The notes under the pieces: generated by a model | Told to the model about the DNA's origin: nothing | The model's database searches: none | The model's input: the letters and a program-made list of their open reading frames with translations, nothing else | Shown here: positions 10,083 to 20,322 of the stretch, in pieces | Layout: the number at the start of each line of letters is the position of its first letter | Position numbering within the stretch: the stretch's first letter is position 1 | Made by a program: the position numbers and the translations under genes | From: an uncultured Hyphomicrobium sp. | GTDB lineage: Bacteria > Pseudomonadota > Alphaproteobacteria > Rhizobiales > Hyphomicrobiaceae | NCBI GenBank assembly: GCA_964386545.1 | Contig: CAYLSI010000014.1 | Span: 8,298-72,297, forward strand | DNA: 64,000 nt | Direction: 5' to 3'

Positions 10083-10720
10083 GCGACGAACAATCGAGAT
10101 TCCAGCGGTCGACCCCGGCGCTGGTCCTCCCCGGTCGTTAGCGGATGTTTGTGGCGGAAGGTCGGAGAAAGCGGGGCGCGGCCGGCCCGGCCGGCCGGTC
10201 GCGAGCCCGTTGCCGGATCACAGGAATTGGCATCACCGACGTCGGATCTGGGGCGTCGGAGCCTGGGATGCAGATCACGGGGGAGCTCGATCGCGGGAGA
10301 TCGGATCACGGGACGATCAGATGGCCCAATTGGCAGATCGCAGAGCCGGGGGCATCAGAGCCGGGCATGGGAAATGATTGCGGAAATGACTGCGCCTCTT
10401 TCGTCCGGGTCGCACGAGAGCCCGGCGCGAAATGCAAACGCGTTTGGCCGTTCCGGCCGCTCGTCACATCGTGTTGAGCAGAACGAAAAGTCCTACCCCA
10501 ACCGCAGGCCCCAAAAGCGTGGCCACAACGAGCATCAAAAAGGATCTACCAAGCATAACACGACATACCCCGCACAAACGCGCCCACTGGCTTTGCCGCC
10601 CACGCAACGCCGGTGTCTTCCACCTGTTCCACGGAGACCCCTCACCCGCGAAACATGAGGATTATACAACGGGGAAAAAATTCCCTCATCCGATTTTCTA
10701 ATTTCGGCCACAATGTTGGT

Positions 10721-10754
10721 TTGCAGCGCAGAGCATCCTTTTGCTGCGTTGCAA
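10721..10754. promoter_or_regulatory. 34-bp palindrome TTGCAGCGCAG-N12-CTGCGTTGCAA in the long AT-rich intergenic region. A further TTGCAGCGCA half-site lies about 100 bp away, and TATAAT boxes on the minus strand lie at 10820-10825 and 10661-10666.
   Basis: Inverted repeat read directly (11-bp arms, 1 mismatch). Located between the 3' end of the dual-ATPase operon and the PBP gene start. Confidence 0.3.
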
Positions 10755-10908
10755 ATGAAGTTTACGGAAGACCCGTTTTTCTTCCGCTTTTCAAATTCTT
10801 CTTATCAATCCGCTCACAGATTATAGCGGCCAGCGTTTTGCAGCGCATCACGGCGGCGCGAAACGATTGCCTGTTTTTGTTGTATTTTTGCTACATCCAG
10901 ACGCGCCG

Positions 10909-13900
10909 TTAAGGCCGACGAGCCGTGGATAACCTCAGCGCGTCGAACAGCCGGAGCTGGCGCTCGTCCTGGCCCTTCGTCTCGTGGGCGAGCTGCTCGA
11001 TCCGGTCGAACGGCACCTGCTCGGCTTCGATCAGCGAGCGCTGCGCCTTCATCGAGCGGACGAGACCCTCCTGCACGAGGTGGAACTCGCCCACCGTCTG
11101 ACCGGGAAGCACGGCAGCCGGATCGAGGCCGCTCTCGCTCTGGAACGCCGCCTTGAGCTTGCGCAACGCGGTATCCTCTCGCACGCGGCCGATGAACCAG
11201 CTCGTGATCTGGTCGCGGCTCTTGTAGTCGAGGTCGCCCGGCGACTGGGTGGCGAGCATGATGCCGAGGCCGGCCGAGCGGGCGCGCTTCAGAAGGCTCT
11301 GCAGCGGCTCGGCCGTCGCGGGCTTGGCGTTGGCCGGGATGTAGAGATCCGCCTCGTCGAACATGACGACGGCCTGCAGCTCCTCGTTCGGGTTCCTCTG
11401 GCAGAAGCGCAACGCTTCCGACAGGAACTGGGCGACCCAGAACAGGATGTTCTCGTTGTCGCCGAGGAAGCCCGTGTAGATGATCGAGAGGCGCGTGCGG
11501 CCGTCGCGAGCGTAAGGTCCGAGGCCGAGCAGGCTTTCCATCTGCAGGCTTTCGCCGCCGCCCTCGAAGAGCGCCGAGTTGCGGTGACGCAAGCTGTCGA
11601 GCTGGGCGACGAGGTCGCGGCGGATGCGGCCCGAGGGGTCCATGCGCTGCGTCAGGTCCGTCAGCTCGGGATCCTCGTCCTCGAGCAGGTTGATGAGATC
11701 GCCCAGCGTCACCTCGCGGCTGTGGCGCGATCCCAGGATGCGGAGCGCGACCGACAGCGTGCCCGACTGCTTCTGGTGCGTGGCCGAGTTCTTCAAGTGC
11801 AGCATGTCGCCGAGGGCGGCCGCCGACAGGTTCGCGAGCAGTTGCTGCTCGTGGTCGGGCAGCTCGTTGATGCCGTTCGGCAGAAGCGTGATCGAGATCG
11901 GGCGCCCCGAGGAGCGGCCCGGCGTATAGACCGCGACGTCGATGGCGTCGGCCAGGCGCTCGCGCTCGCCGCGGCGCTCGCCGAACTCGTCGTCGTTGGC
12001 GCGCCAGACGTCGGGATTGGCGTAGCTGCAGAGGTCGCCCTTGCGGTCGATCAGGACGGCGGGAATGCCCTTGAGCAGCAGTTGCTCGATCAGACACAAG
12101 GCGAGTGTCGTCTTACCGGAGCCGGAGCCACCGAGCACCGCCGCGTGGCGCTTCAACACGTTCATGTTGAGCGAGATCGGCTTGCTGCGGGTGCCGGTCT
12201 CGCGGCCCGCCAGGATGCTCGTGCCGTTGGCGCCGGTCTCATCGAGGATGACGGAGAGCGGCAGCTCGTCGTCGTTGGCCGGAAGCGGCTCCTCGCCGCC
12301 GGCGCCGAGCGACCAGGGCGGCGGCAGCAGCGCATTGCCATTGCCCTCGCCGCGTGCGGCAGCCGGAGTCGCAGCAGGAGCGGACAGCGCCGGCGCGGAA
12401 TCGGCGGCAACGGCCGTGGCATCGGTCTCGCGCGTCGTGCGGGGCAACGCGCGGCCGAGGAGATCGAGGCGCAGGATGTTGATGATCGGGATGATGTTCG
12501 AGAGCAGCTTGGCGTCCTCGAACCACGCCTGGAAGCCGGGATCGTTCTTATAGTGGGCGTGGAACTCGCGCACGGTCATCATGCGTTCCCACTCGGGGAT
12601 CGGGATGGTGAACAGGCGGCCGCCGCCCTCGCGGAATTTGCGGAAGGCCTGCGCCGTCTGGTTCTTCTTGTTCGGCGGATAGTCGCTCGCGCGCAGCATC
12701 ATGCAGCTCTTGCCGGCGATCATCGGCATGACCTTGTCGAGCTGGCGCTTGAGGCCGCCACCCTGCGTCGGGCGGTTGCACAGGAACACGCGCAGGTCGC
12801 TCATGTGGCCGGACTTGTGGTTGATGCGCACGTCGATGGCGGGCACCTCGTCCGAGATCTCGACGCGGTTGACGCCGAGCTTGATCGCGCCGCCCCATTC
12901 GTCACGCGCGAGCGCGAGCGCGGAGGTCAGCACGTCCATCAGCTCGTTCTCGTCGGACGGGATCTCCGCCTCGGACGCGTTCTGGAAGCGGTCCCAGGCG
13001 TCGCGGTAGTCGACCGACGGGGCGAGCGGGCGCGCGGACTCGCTCGGCTCGGCATTGCCGAAAATGCCGCCGAGCACGGACGCCAGCGTCGACGTCCAGT
13101 TGCCCTGGTCGGCGGGCTCGTCCTCGGGCTCGTCGGGCGCCGTCTTGGCGCGCAGGCGGCTTTGCGCGTGCTCGAGCAGGCGGCGCGTCGAGAGACCGCC
13201 GAACTCCTCGAAGAAATCCGGGCCGAAGTACTGCGCGGGATCGGGGAAGCCGAGGCCGCCCGTCTGCTCCGCCAGATGCTCGAGCCGCTTGGCGATGATC
13301 AGGCGCGCCTCCGCCGGCGTGCGGCTTTCGAGCAGCGGCACCGGGCCCGACTTCTCGATGCGATCGACATAGGACTGCGCGAGCACGCCGCGGACCTGGC
13401 CGTAGAAGTCCTCCAGCACCGAGATGATGATGATGGCGTTGGGCAGGCGGTTGGCAATCTGGATCAGGTCGCGCGTGGCCTTCTGGAACCGCTCCTCGGC
13501 GTCGTCGAAGAAACGCAGGTCCTCCACCTGGTCGATGGAGAACACGAAGGCGGCCCGCTCGACCGTCCACATCAGCGTGCCGAGCGCGGTGATGATCTCG
13601 AATGCGCGGTCCTCGCCCGTGTTCGGATCGAGCGCGGCGACGGCCTGATGGGCGAGCGGCGTCAACTGGCGGCCGAACAGGTATTGGCGCACGCGCTGGT
13701 CGATGCGCGGGTCCTTGCGCTCGAGGTAGAGCAGCGCGCGCACGATGTTGATGTCGAGCTCCAGCTCGCGGAATTTCGCGCTGGCGACGATCTCGTCGGC
13801 GAGCTTCAGCACGAGGCTCGCCAGCGCCTCGTCCGACAGCGAGCCTTCGCGCAGCTCGTCGATCCGGCGGGCAGAGAGAACCTCGGAATCGCCCACGAGC

Positions 13901-14325
13901 CGCGCGGTCAGGCGGGCGAGGCCGGTCTCGCCCTCCTCGTCCGGGTGATAGGGCTTCTCGAGCGAGTGGACGATGCGGCGCAGGTAGTAGTCGGCATAGT
14001 TCGAGACGTCGGGCGTCATCTGGGCGTAGCCGAAATAGGCCTTGCCTTCGCGGTGGGCCGTCGTGCGCAGGGCGCGCAGGAGATGCGTCTTGCCGGCGCC
14101 CGACTGGCCGTGGAACAGCAGAATGCGCGAGGCCGTCGCCGCGCCGCCGGTGCGCGCGCTGGTGATCTCCGCCAGGAGGTCCTCGAACTTGCGGCGCGCC
14201 TTGACGTGCACGGCCGGGACATCCACGGGATCGGCCCGCCAGATGTCATCCTCCCACGTGATGCTGTGCTCAAAAGCCTGGTACAGCTTGTCGGTCGCAC
14301 CGGCTTCGACGACGTCGTCATGCAT
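10909..14325 (-). CDS. large dual P-loop NTPase: N-terminal DnaA/IstB-like (GKTHLL) ATPase module fused to a C-terminal HerA/FtsK-superfamily (DUF853/YjgR-like) ATPase module
   Basis: 1138 aa. Walker A #1 is LFHGQSGAGKTHLLRAL, with Walker B FVFSIDQVEDL. A low-complexity Ala/Pro linker separates the modules. Walker A #2 is VLGGSGSGKTTLALCL followed by DRKGDL (the HerA/YjgR signature), Walker B is VVMFDEADLY, and there is a LATQSP motif. RBS GGAGA sits 10 nt upstream. The opposite-strand 1148-aa ORF is R/A-rich antisense noise. Confidence 0.7.
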   Translation of the reverse strand: MHDDVVEAGATDKLYQAFEHSITWEDDIWRADPVDVPAVHVKARRKFEDLLAEITSARTGGAATASRILLFHGQSGAGKTHLLRALRTTAHREGKAYFGYAQMTPDVSNYADYYLRRIVHSLEKPYHPDEEGETGLARLTARLVGDSEVLSARRIDELREGSLSDEALASLVLKLADEIVASAKFRELELDINIVRALLYLERKDPRIDQRVRQYLFGRQLTPLAHQAVAALDPNTGEDRAFEIITALGTLMWTVERAAFVFSIDQVEDLRFFDDAEERFQKATRDLIQIANRLPNAIIIISVLEDFYGQVRGVLAQSYVDRIEKSGPVPLLESRTPAEARLIIAKRLEHLAEQTGGLGFPDPAQYFGPDFFEEFGGLSTRRLLEHAQSRLRAKTAPDEPEDEPADQGNWTSTLASVLGGIFGNAEPSESARPLAPSVDYRDAWDRFQNASEAEIPSDENELMDVLTSALALARDEWGGAIKLGVNRVEISDEVPAIDVRINHKSGHMSDLRVFLCNRPTQGGGLKRQLDKVMPMIAGKSCMMLRASDYPPNKKNQTAQAFRKFREGGGRLFTIPIPEWERMMTVREFHAHYKNDPGFQAWFEDAKLLSNIIPIINILRLDLLGRALPRTTRETDATAVAADSAPALSAPAATPAAARGEGNGNALLPPPWSLGAGGEEPLPANDDELPLSVILDETGANGTSILAGRETGTRSKPISLNMNVLKRHAAVLGGSGSGKTTLALCLIEQLLLKGIPAVLIDRKGDLCSYANPDVWRANDDEFGERRGERERLADAIDVAVYTPGRSSGRPISITLLPNGINELPDHEQQLLANLSAAALGDMLHLKNSATHQKQSGTLSVALRILGSRHSREVTLGDLINLLEDEDPELTDLTQRMDPSGRIRRDLVAQLDSLRHRNSALFEGGGESLQMESLLGLGPYARDGRTRLSIIYTGFLGDNENILFWVAQFLSEALRFCQRNPNEELQAVVMFDEADLYIPANAKPATAEPLQSLLKRARSAGLGIMLATQSPGDLDYKSRDQITSWFIGRVREDTALRKLKAAFQSESGLDPAAVLPGQTVGEFHLVQEGLVRSMKAQRSLIEAEQVPFDRIEQLAHETKGQDERQLRLFDALRLSTARRP

Positions 14326-14359
14326 GCGTCAACGGTCTCCAACGCAATCGTTACGGGCG

Positions 14360-15538
14360 CTACTCTTCGACCCGAACGAAGTGCCAAACGGTATTCTTGT
14401 AGGGAACGGCCGAGCTCTCGAGGTCCTTGATGGCCTTCTTGTCCTTGAGGTCGGCATTGGCGAGAACAAGCGCGCCCAGGCGATGCGCCTCGGCCAGCAT
14501 GCATTTGAACTCGATCTCGGAGACGTCCCACGTCGGCTCGGACACGCGAATCGCGTCCCAGACGTGCGAGATAAAGGCCTTGCGGCTGCCTGGCCAGCCC
14601 TCGGCCCGCGCGGCCGCCGCCGTCTTCACAGCAGCCGCGAACTCGGCGAGGTCGGGGCGCGACGCCTTCGGCGGCACCTTGGCGGGGGCGGCATCGTTGG
14701 CGGGCGCCGGCAGCTCGGGCGCGGGCGCTGCGACGCGCACCGGCATCGCCATGCGCTCGGCGTCCGGCGTCGCGATCTCCGCCTCTCCGGCTTCGAGGCA
14801 CTTCGCACCGAGGCGGCGCAGGAGGCCCGTGCGCAGTCCTTCGAGCGTCGCCTCGCGCGCGCCGGCCTGCTCGGCCGCAAGCTCGGCGATGAGCTTGGCG
14901 TCGGTCGTGAACGCGCGCGGGTTCTGCGAGAGCTGGCCGGCCAGAAGCCGCCCGGCCTTGGCCGAGAGCGCCGAGCCTTTGCCGATGCCGGCCTTGATGC
15001 GGTTGCCGAAGGCGCGCTCCAGCGCCAGCACGGCGAGCTGGGCGCGCAGCTTGGTGGGCGGTGCGTTCTTCTTCACCGAGAGGCCGAACGCGTTCTGCAC
15101 GATCATCGTGCGCAGGCCGTCGATGCGTGCGAGCTGCTTCAGGCGGGCGGGCGTCTCGCGCTCGACGCCGAGCCCCTTGGCGATCAACGCGACGTCGCGC
15201 AGCTCGCTCCAGGAGGCCGATCCGATCTCCTTCATGCCGAGGTAGCGGGCGGCCGCGGCCGCGCCAGCGTCCGTCGCCTTGAGTTTGCCCTTGGTTTCGG
15301 AGGCCAGGCCGCTCGCGACGAGCTGGCCGATCTCCTTCTCGGCCAGACGCCGCCAGTCCGCGGGCGAGATCTTGTGCGTGAACAGCGGGGCGAGATCGGC
15401 AGTCGCCTCGGCGCGCGCCGCACCCCCGTCCGCACTCAAGCGAACCAGGATCACGTGGCCGATGGCCGTCGCACCGCCGCGTCGCGACGCGGTCAGGGTG
15501 GCACCGCTCATGAGCGCCGACATGTCGTACGCCTCCAT
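14360..15538 (-). CDS. hypothetical Ala-rich protein with no recognisable domain; first gene of the operon with the dual ATPase (34-bp gap)
   Basis: Same strand, 34-bp spacing to the downstream gene, genome-typical codon usage. Start ambiguous (15538, 15523 or 15514; 15523 has the best GAGG RBS). Confidence 0.55.
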   Translation of the reverse strand: MEAYDMSALMSGATLTASRRGGATAIGHVILVRLSADGGAARAEATADLAPLFTHKISPADWRRLAEKEIGQLVASGLASETKGKLKATDAGAAAAARYLGMKEIGSASWSELRDVALIAKGLGVERETPARLKQLARIDGLRTMIVQNAFGLSVKKNAPPTKLRAQLAVLALERAFGNRIKAGIGKGSALSAKAGRLLAGQLSQNPRAFTTDAKLIAELAAEQAGAREATLEGLRTGLLRRLGAKCLEAGEAEIATPDAERMAMPVRVAAPAPELPAPANDAAPAKVPPKASRPDLAEFAAAVKTAAAARAEGWPGSRKAFISHVWDAIRVSEPTWDVSEIEFKCMLAEAHRLGALVLANADLKDKKAIKDLESSAVPYKNTVWHFVRVEE

Positions 15539-15971
15539 CTCGTTGGGCGTTGAGAAGGGGGAAAAGCCAGACGCACGAATCACCGGCTCGATTCGGTGAG
15601 TTTGGGCGAGAGCGCTTTGACTTCCAAGGGAGTCTCGGGCACGCCGCAGTTATTTTTGGCGAGTTGTAGAGACTCGTGCGCCCGGCCGGCCACCGCGCCC
15701 TGCTTTACCCTACAACCGTCCGAATTCACCGGCGTATTGCCGCATTCGCGTCACCTTCATCGGCAACATTCGGTGCAGGGTTGTGGGGTTTTTGCAAAGC
15801 CAGAGGCAGGCTCGACAATGGCGGCTCCCGTCAGACACGCCATCGCGGGACGCCTCCCGGCCGCTGGTCTCTTCCCGCACAGGGGTTCACCGCCTCTTAG
15901 CCTTAACGCCGAGTTAACTGGTAGCTGCGATGGTCAATCTCAGTACCGCGCGTCCACTTGCGGGAGTTATG

Positions 15972-16658
15972 GGAATGTATCGCGTCGCCCTTAGTTTTCT
16001 TGCCGCCGTCCTCACTCTGGGATTGGGGGCTTGCAGCCTCAACACGAGCAGCGTCTCGTCCGGGTTCAACGACCTCGGCACGACCGCCTCGATCGATCCG
16101 CTCAGCGGATCGCGCCAATCCACCACCACCGGCTCCATCGACCGCCGGCAGCGCTCGGGTCTGACCGGCGCGCAGGTCGCCGCCTATTCGCCCGACAAGG
16201 CCCCTTCAGGGTCCTATGAGAAAGCGCCGGCCGGCTCGCTCGCCGACCGCGATTACTCGTCGACCAACCTCGACCCCGACATGGCGCGGGACCTGATCAA
16301 CCAGTACCGCCAGGAAAACGGCCTCAAGCCGCTCAAGCTCAACGCCTCGCTCACCGAGGCCGCGAAGGGCCACAGCCGCGACCTCGCCAAGTGGGACCGC
16401 ATCTCGCACTACGGCAGCGACGGCTCGAACCCGTGGGACCGCGTGAAGCGCACGGGCTACAAGCCGCGCCTCGCCGCCGAGAACGTCGGCACGGGCCAGG
16501 TTTCGTTCAAGGAAGTGCTGCGGGGATGGAAGGACAGCCCCGGTCACAACAAGAACCTGCTGCTGGCGGACGCCCGCGAGATGGGCCTCGCCCTGGTGCA
16601 GGACCCCAAGACCGAGTTCAAATCGTTCTGGACGCTGGTGATCGGCGCACCGATGTAG
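15972..16658 (+). CDS. CAP/SCP/PR-1 domain lipoprotein (YkwD-like)
   Basis: Lipobox LTLGLGAC. C-terminal CAP motifs HSRDLAKWDRISHYG...GHNKNLL. Confidence 0.7.
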   Translation, partial: GMYRVALSFLAAVLTLGLGACSLNTSSVSSGFNDLGTTASIDPLSGSRQSTTTGSIDRRQRSGLTGAQVAAYSPDKAPSGSYEKAPAGSLADRDYSSTNLDPDMARDLINQYRQENGLKPLKLNASLTEAAKGHSRDLAKWDRISHYGSDGSNPWDRVKRTGYKPRLAAENVGTGQVSFKEVLRGWKDSPGHNKNLLLADAREMGLALVQDPKTEFKSFWTLVIGAPM

Positions 16659-16721
16659 GTTTTTTGATTGGTCGCATTTTCTTACGACGAACCGGCCTCC
16701 ACTTCGTCGGACAATGCTCCG
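16659..16721. repeat. dispersed intergenic repeat, copy B (exactly fills the gap between convergent stop codons)
   Basis: TTGATTGGTCGCATTTTCTTACGACGAACCGGCCTCCACTTCGTCGGACAATGCTCC. Same hairpin core as copies A, C and D. Confidence 0.8.
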
Positions 16722-17828
16722 TCACTTCTTCTTCTGGATCTCTTCCTGCGGCGCGGCGCCTTCTGTGGCCCGCGCCGTTTGCGTTTCCTTGAGCGTGAAC
16801 TGCACCAGCAGCGTGCGCTGGAGGAAGCGGTTGAAGTTGTCGTCCGACATCATCGTGACGACGGTCTCGCCGTCGCGGCCCCGGCTCACGGCGAGGGCTT
16901 CGAGATTGTCGATCTCTTGGGCCGTGTCGGCTTCGAGCAGGACCTCGCCCGTCACATCCGCGCCGGGCTTCACGTCGGCCGCCGCGATGTGGCGCAGGCG
17001 AATGCGCAGCCCCTCGAGCCAGCGGAAGCGCCGCTCCAGCACGAGCAGGCCGCCGTCCGGCAGGCTCGCGGCGTCCGTCACGCCGAAGCCGCTCGCCCCG
17101 CTCAGCGTGACGCCGCGCGGCGTGCCGCCGATCCAGATCCATCCGCGATGGCGCTTCTCGCCGCGCAGCGGATGCTCGGCGAAGGCCACGAGCGCGCCCT
17201 TGTTCGGCCCGCCGGCGAGCACCGTCAGCCCCTCGATGCCGTCCATGCGCATGCGGGCGGCTTCCTTCGGCATCGTCAAGTAGGACGAGGGCTTGCCCAG
17301 CACGCCCTTCGCGATCGGAAAGACGCCGATGCGGTCGTGCTGCTCGAAGGCGACGTAGGCCGTGCCCTTCTCCGGCGTGCCGGCCGCGAGCGCCACCGCC
17401 TCGGCGTCGCGGTCGCGCGCGCGATCGAGCGGCTTGCCCTTCAAGGTCTGGAACGCGCCGATGCGCGCGCCGCGGATGGACTGCGGCCGGTCCTGATCGT
17501 CATAGGCCAGCTCGCCCGTCATCCAGACGCCGGAATCCGAGACGCTGACGAAGCGGCGGCCGTCCCCATCGAAGGCGAGACCCGACCATCCGCCGAAGTA
17601 TTTCGACGGCGACGTCAGGACCAGGCCGCCACGCCAGGCGAGACGGCTGTTGGCGAAGGGCGTGCCGGCTTTCGAAAAGCTCCTGATCGGCTTTGCCTGG
17701 ATCTCGATGGCATGCGGGGCGAAGCCGGCCGCATCCGGCTTCCATTGCGCCACGGCTTCTTGCGGGGATGCGAGCGCGAGCGTGATCCCGATCGCGACGG
17801 CCAGACCGCACATCCCCAACCGCTTCAT
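16722..17828 (-). CDS. esterase-like activity of phytase family protein (secreted)
   Basis: Signal peptide MKRLGMCGLAVAIGITLALA. Conserved phytase-like esterase architecture of about 370 aa. Start taken at MKRLGM (17828) rather than the ORF-track start. Confidence 0.65.
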   Translation of the reverse strand: MKRLGMCGLAVAIGITLALASPQEAVAQWKPDAAGFAPHAIEIQAKPIRSFSKAGTPFANSRLAWRGGLVLTSPSKYFGGWSGLAFDGDGRRFVSVSDSGVWMTGELAYDDQDRPQSIRGARIGAFQTLKGKPLDRARDRDAEAVALAAGTPEKGTAYVAFEQHDRIGVFPIAKGVLGKPSSYLTMPKEAARMRMDGIEGLTVLAGGPNKGALVAFAEHPLRGEKRHRGWIWIGGTPRGVTLSGASGFGVTDAASLPDGGLLVLERRFRWLEGLRIRLRHIAAADVKPGADVTGEVLLEADTAQEIDNLEALAVSRGRDGETVVTMMSDDNFNRFLQRTLLVQFTLKETQTARATEGAAPQEEIQKKK

Positions 17829-18050
17829 TGCTGCTCCCTGCGCCGAACGCCTTGTCGAGACTGACATGAAGCGCATGTCGGAAATGTGAGCCTTGCACGG
17901 GCAGCGCACGAAAATACGCGGGCGTACGGCGCTACGGTTCATGAGGTGACGCCGCGGTGATCCAGATTGCGTCGATCGCAGCGATCCCGGGCTTGGCGTT
18001 CCGCTTGAAGGCCATGCGGACCTCGTTTCGGGACCACCGAGGGGTCTGCC

Positions 18051-19937
18051 TCAGTGGAATTTGCGGCGCGGGCCGCGACCTGACGGCTCGCCCTTGGGCG
18101 GCGTTTCCTCGAACAGCTCGACCAGCTTGTCCGTCATGGCGCCGGCAAGCTCGCTCGGATCGGAGATCGTCACCGCGCGGGCATAGTAGCGCGTCACGTC
18201 GTGGCCGATGCCGATGGCGATCAGCTCCACGGGCGAGCGCGTCTCGATCTCCTCGATCACCTTGCGCAGATGCTGCTCGAGGTAGCTGCCGGAGTTGACC
18301 GAGAGCGTCGAGTCGTCGACCGGGGCGCCGTCGGAGATCATCATCAGGATGCGGCGCTGCTCGGGCCGCGCCATCAGACGCGCGTGCGCCCAGGCGAGCG
18401 CCTCGCCGTCGATGTTCTCCTTGAGCAGGCCTTCGCGCATCATCAGCGCGAGCGAGCGCTTGGCGCGCCGCCACGGGGCGTCCGCCGTCTTGTAGATGAT
18501 ATGGCGCAGGTCGTTGAGCCGGCCCGGCGTCGCCGGCTTGCCGGCCGCCAGCCAATCCTCGCGGGACTGGCCGCCCTTCCAGGCGCGCGTCGTGAAGCCG
18601 AGGATCTCGACCTTGACACCGCAGCGCTCGAGCGTGCGCGCCAGAATGTCGGCGCAGCAGGCGGCGACCATGATCGGGCGGCCGCGCATGGAACCCGAGT
18701 TGTCGAGCAGCAGCGTCACGACGGTGTCGCGGAAGTCGGTGTCGCGCTCGCGCTTGAAGGAGAGCGCGTGCATCGGGTCGGTGATGATACGCGTCAGGCG
18801 CGCCGCATCGAGCGTGCCCTCCTCGAGATCGAAATCCCAGGCGCGGTTCTGCTGCGCCAGCAAGCGGCGCTGCAGGCGGTTGGCGAGACGCGCGACGACG
18901 CTCGCGAGCGCCTTCAGCTCCTTGTCGAGGAACGTGCGCAGGCGCTCCAGCTCCTCGGCCGACGAGATGTCCTCGGCGTTGACCTCCTCGTCGTAGGCGC
19001 GCGTGTAGACCTTGTAGCCGAAGTATTCCGGGTCCTCGAGCACCGACACGTTGGGGCGCCAGGGCTCGTCCGCCTCCATGGGCTCCGGCTGCTCGGCGTC
19101 GCCGTCGAAGTCGTCCTGGTCCGGCATCTCGGCCGCCTGGCTCGCTTCGCCCGCCTCGCCCTCGGACTGCTCCTGCTCGTGCTCGTCCTCGCCGCCTTCG
19201 CCGCCGTCGTCCTCGCTTTCGGACTCGGCTTCGCCGCCGAGCGGCTCTTCCTCCGTCTCCTGCTCGATGTCCTCGGACTGGCCCTCGGAGAGGTTGTCGG
19301 CGAGGTCGAGCGACTTCAGGAGATCGCGGACGAGGCGTCCGAACGCCTCCTGATCCTCGGCCAGATCCTTCATGCGGCGAAACACCTGCTCGCCGCATTG
19401 CTCGAGGTGCGGGCGCCAGAGGTCGACGAGCGCGCGCGCGGCCTCGGGCGGGGCGCGCCCCGTCAGGCGCTCGCGCACCATCAGCGCCAGCGCGTTGCCG
19501 ATCGGCGCGTCGGCGCGATCGGACACGCGCTCGAACCGGCCGTGGCCGTACTCGTCCTCGCACTTGGCATTGAGGTTCTCGGCCATGCCGTGCATGCGGT
19601 TCGCGCCGAGGGATTCGACGCGCGCGCGCTCCATGGCTTCGAACACCTCGCGCGCGGGGCCCGAGGGCGGCGCCAGCTTGCGATGAACAGTTTCGTCGTG
19701 GCAGGCCGCCGTCAGGGCGAGGCTGTCGGCCCAGCCGCGCAGCACGGCGATCTCGCCGGCGGAGGGCGCGCGCGCGGGCTCGGCGAGGCGCACGACCTTG
19801 CCTTCGAGCTGCGGCTTGCCGGCGCCGTAGATCACTTCGATCTCCGGATCGCCCGCGATCGCGCGCACGGCCAGACCCAGCACGCGCTTCAGCGGCTCGG
19901 ACGGAGCTTCCTTGCGTTTCGGAGTCCCGCTGCTCAT
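18051..19937 (-). CDS. cobT: cobaltochelatase subunit CobT (aerobic pathway)
   Basis: 628 aa. Central poly-acidic tract ([35 protein letters not shown]) and C-terminal vWA/MIDAS domain DNSGSM, typical of CobT. Confidence 0.85.
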   Translation of the reverse strand: MSSGTPKRKEAPSEPLKRVLGLAVRAIAGDPEIEVIYGAGKPQLEGKVVRLAEPARAPSAGEIAVLRGWADSLALTAACHDETVHRKLAPPSGPAREVFEAMERARVESLGANRMHGMAENLNAKCEDEYGHGRFERVSDRADAPIGNALALMVRERLTGRAPPEAARALVDLWRPHLEQCGEQVFRRMKDLAEDQEAFGRLVRDLLKSLDLADNLSEGQSEDIEQETEEEPLGGEAESESEDDGGEGGEDEHEQEQSEGEAGEASQAAEMPDQDDFDGDAEQPEPMEADEPWRPNVSVLEDPEYFGYKVYTRAYDEEVNAEDISSAEELERLRTFLDKELKALASVVARLANRLQRRLLAQQNRAWDFDLEEGTLDAARLTRIITDPMHALSFKRERDTDFRDTVVTLLLDNSGSMRGRPIMVAACCADILARTLERCGVKVEILGFTTRAWKGGQSREDWLAAGKPATPGRLNDLRHIIYKTADAPWRRAKRSLALMMREGLLKENIDGEALAWAHARLMARPEQRRILMMISDGAPVDDSTLSVNSGSYLEQHLRKVIEEIETRSPVELIAIGIGHDVTRYYARAVTISDPSELAGAMTDKLVELFEETPPKGEPSGRGPRRKFH

Positions 19938-19979
19938 GGTGCGCTTCGCCTCCGGCTCATGGTGCGCTTTGCCTCCGGC

Positions 19980-20296
19980 TCATGGCGCCCTGCCCAGCTC
20001 ACGGCGCATCTGGCGCTTCCATTCGCGATCCTCGACGATCTCGACCGCCTCCATGTTGCCGCGGCGGATCTTCACAACCGCAATGGCGAGCGCCAGCAGC
20101 GCGCCCGTTGCCGACCCCACAACGGTGGCTGCGGTTTCCGGCAACCCGGGGATCAGCATCAGCGCCAGGATGGCGAACAGCACGGAGCCCGTGACCGCGC
20201 CCACGACGACGAGGAGGACACAGAACAGCACGGCACCGCGCGGCTCCGTGTAGCCCGCGGCCGCCAATGCCTCGCGATCCGGTCCGTTTGCGTCCA
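19980..20296 (-). CDS. small two-TM membrane protein between cobT and cobS
   Basis: MDANGPDREALAAAGYTEPRGAVLFCVLLVVVGAVTG... Start taken at MDANG; the N-terminal extension in the ORF track is S/R-rich and unlikely to be translated. Confidence 0.5.
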
Positions 20297-20322
20297 TGCG
20301 TTTCGCCGCGAGCCCCGATGCC

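Noticed and set aside
10984-14430. 1148-aa plus-strand ORF exactly antisense to the dual-ATPase gene. Similar long antisense ORFs also occur, e.g. 8226-10058, 14042-15553, 18201-20426, 27178-29163 (-), 38203-41232, 44989-46449, 46774-49101, 50270-52627 (-), 61944-63782 (-).
   Set aside because: R/A/G/P-rich, low-complexity translations with no motifs. This is the classic stop-codon-poor antisense artefact of >65% GC DNA. The opposite strand carries clear catalytic motifs in each case.
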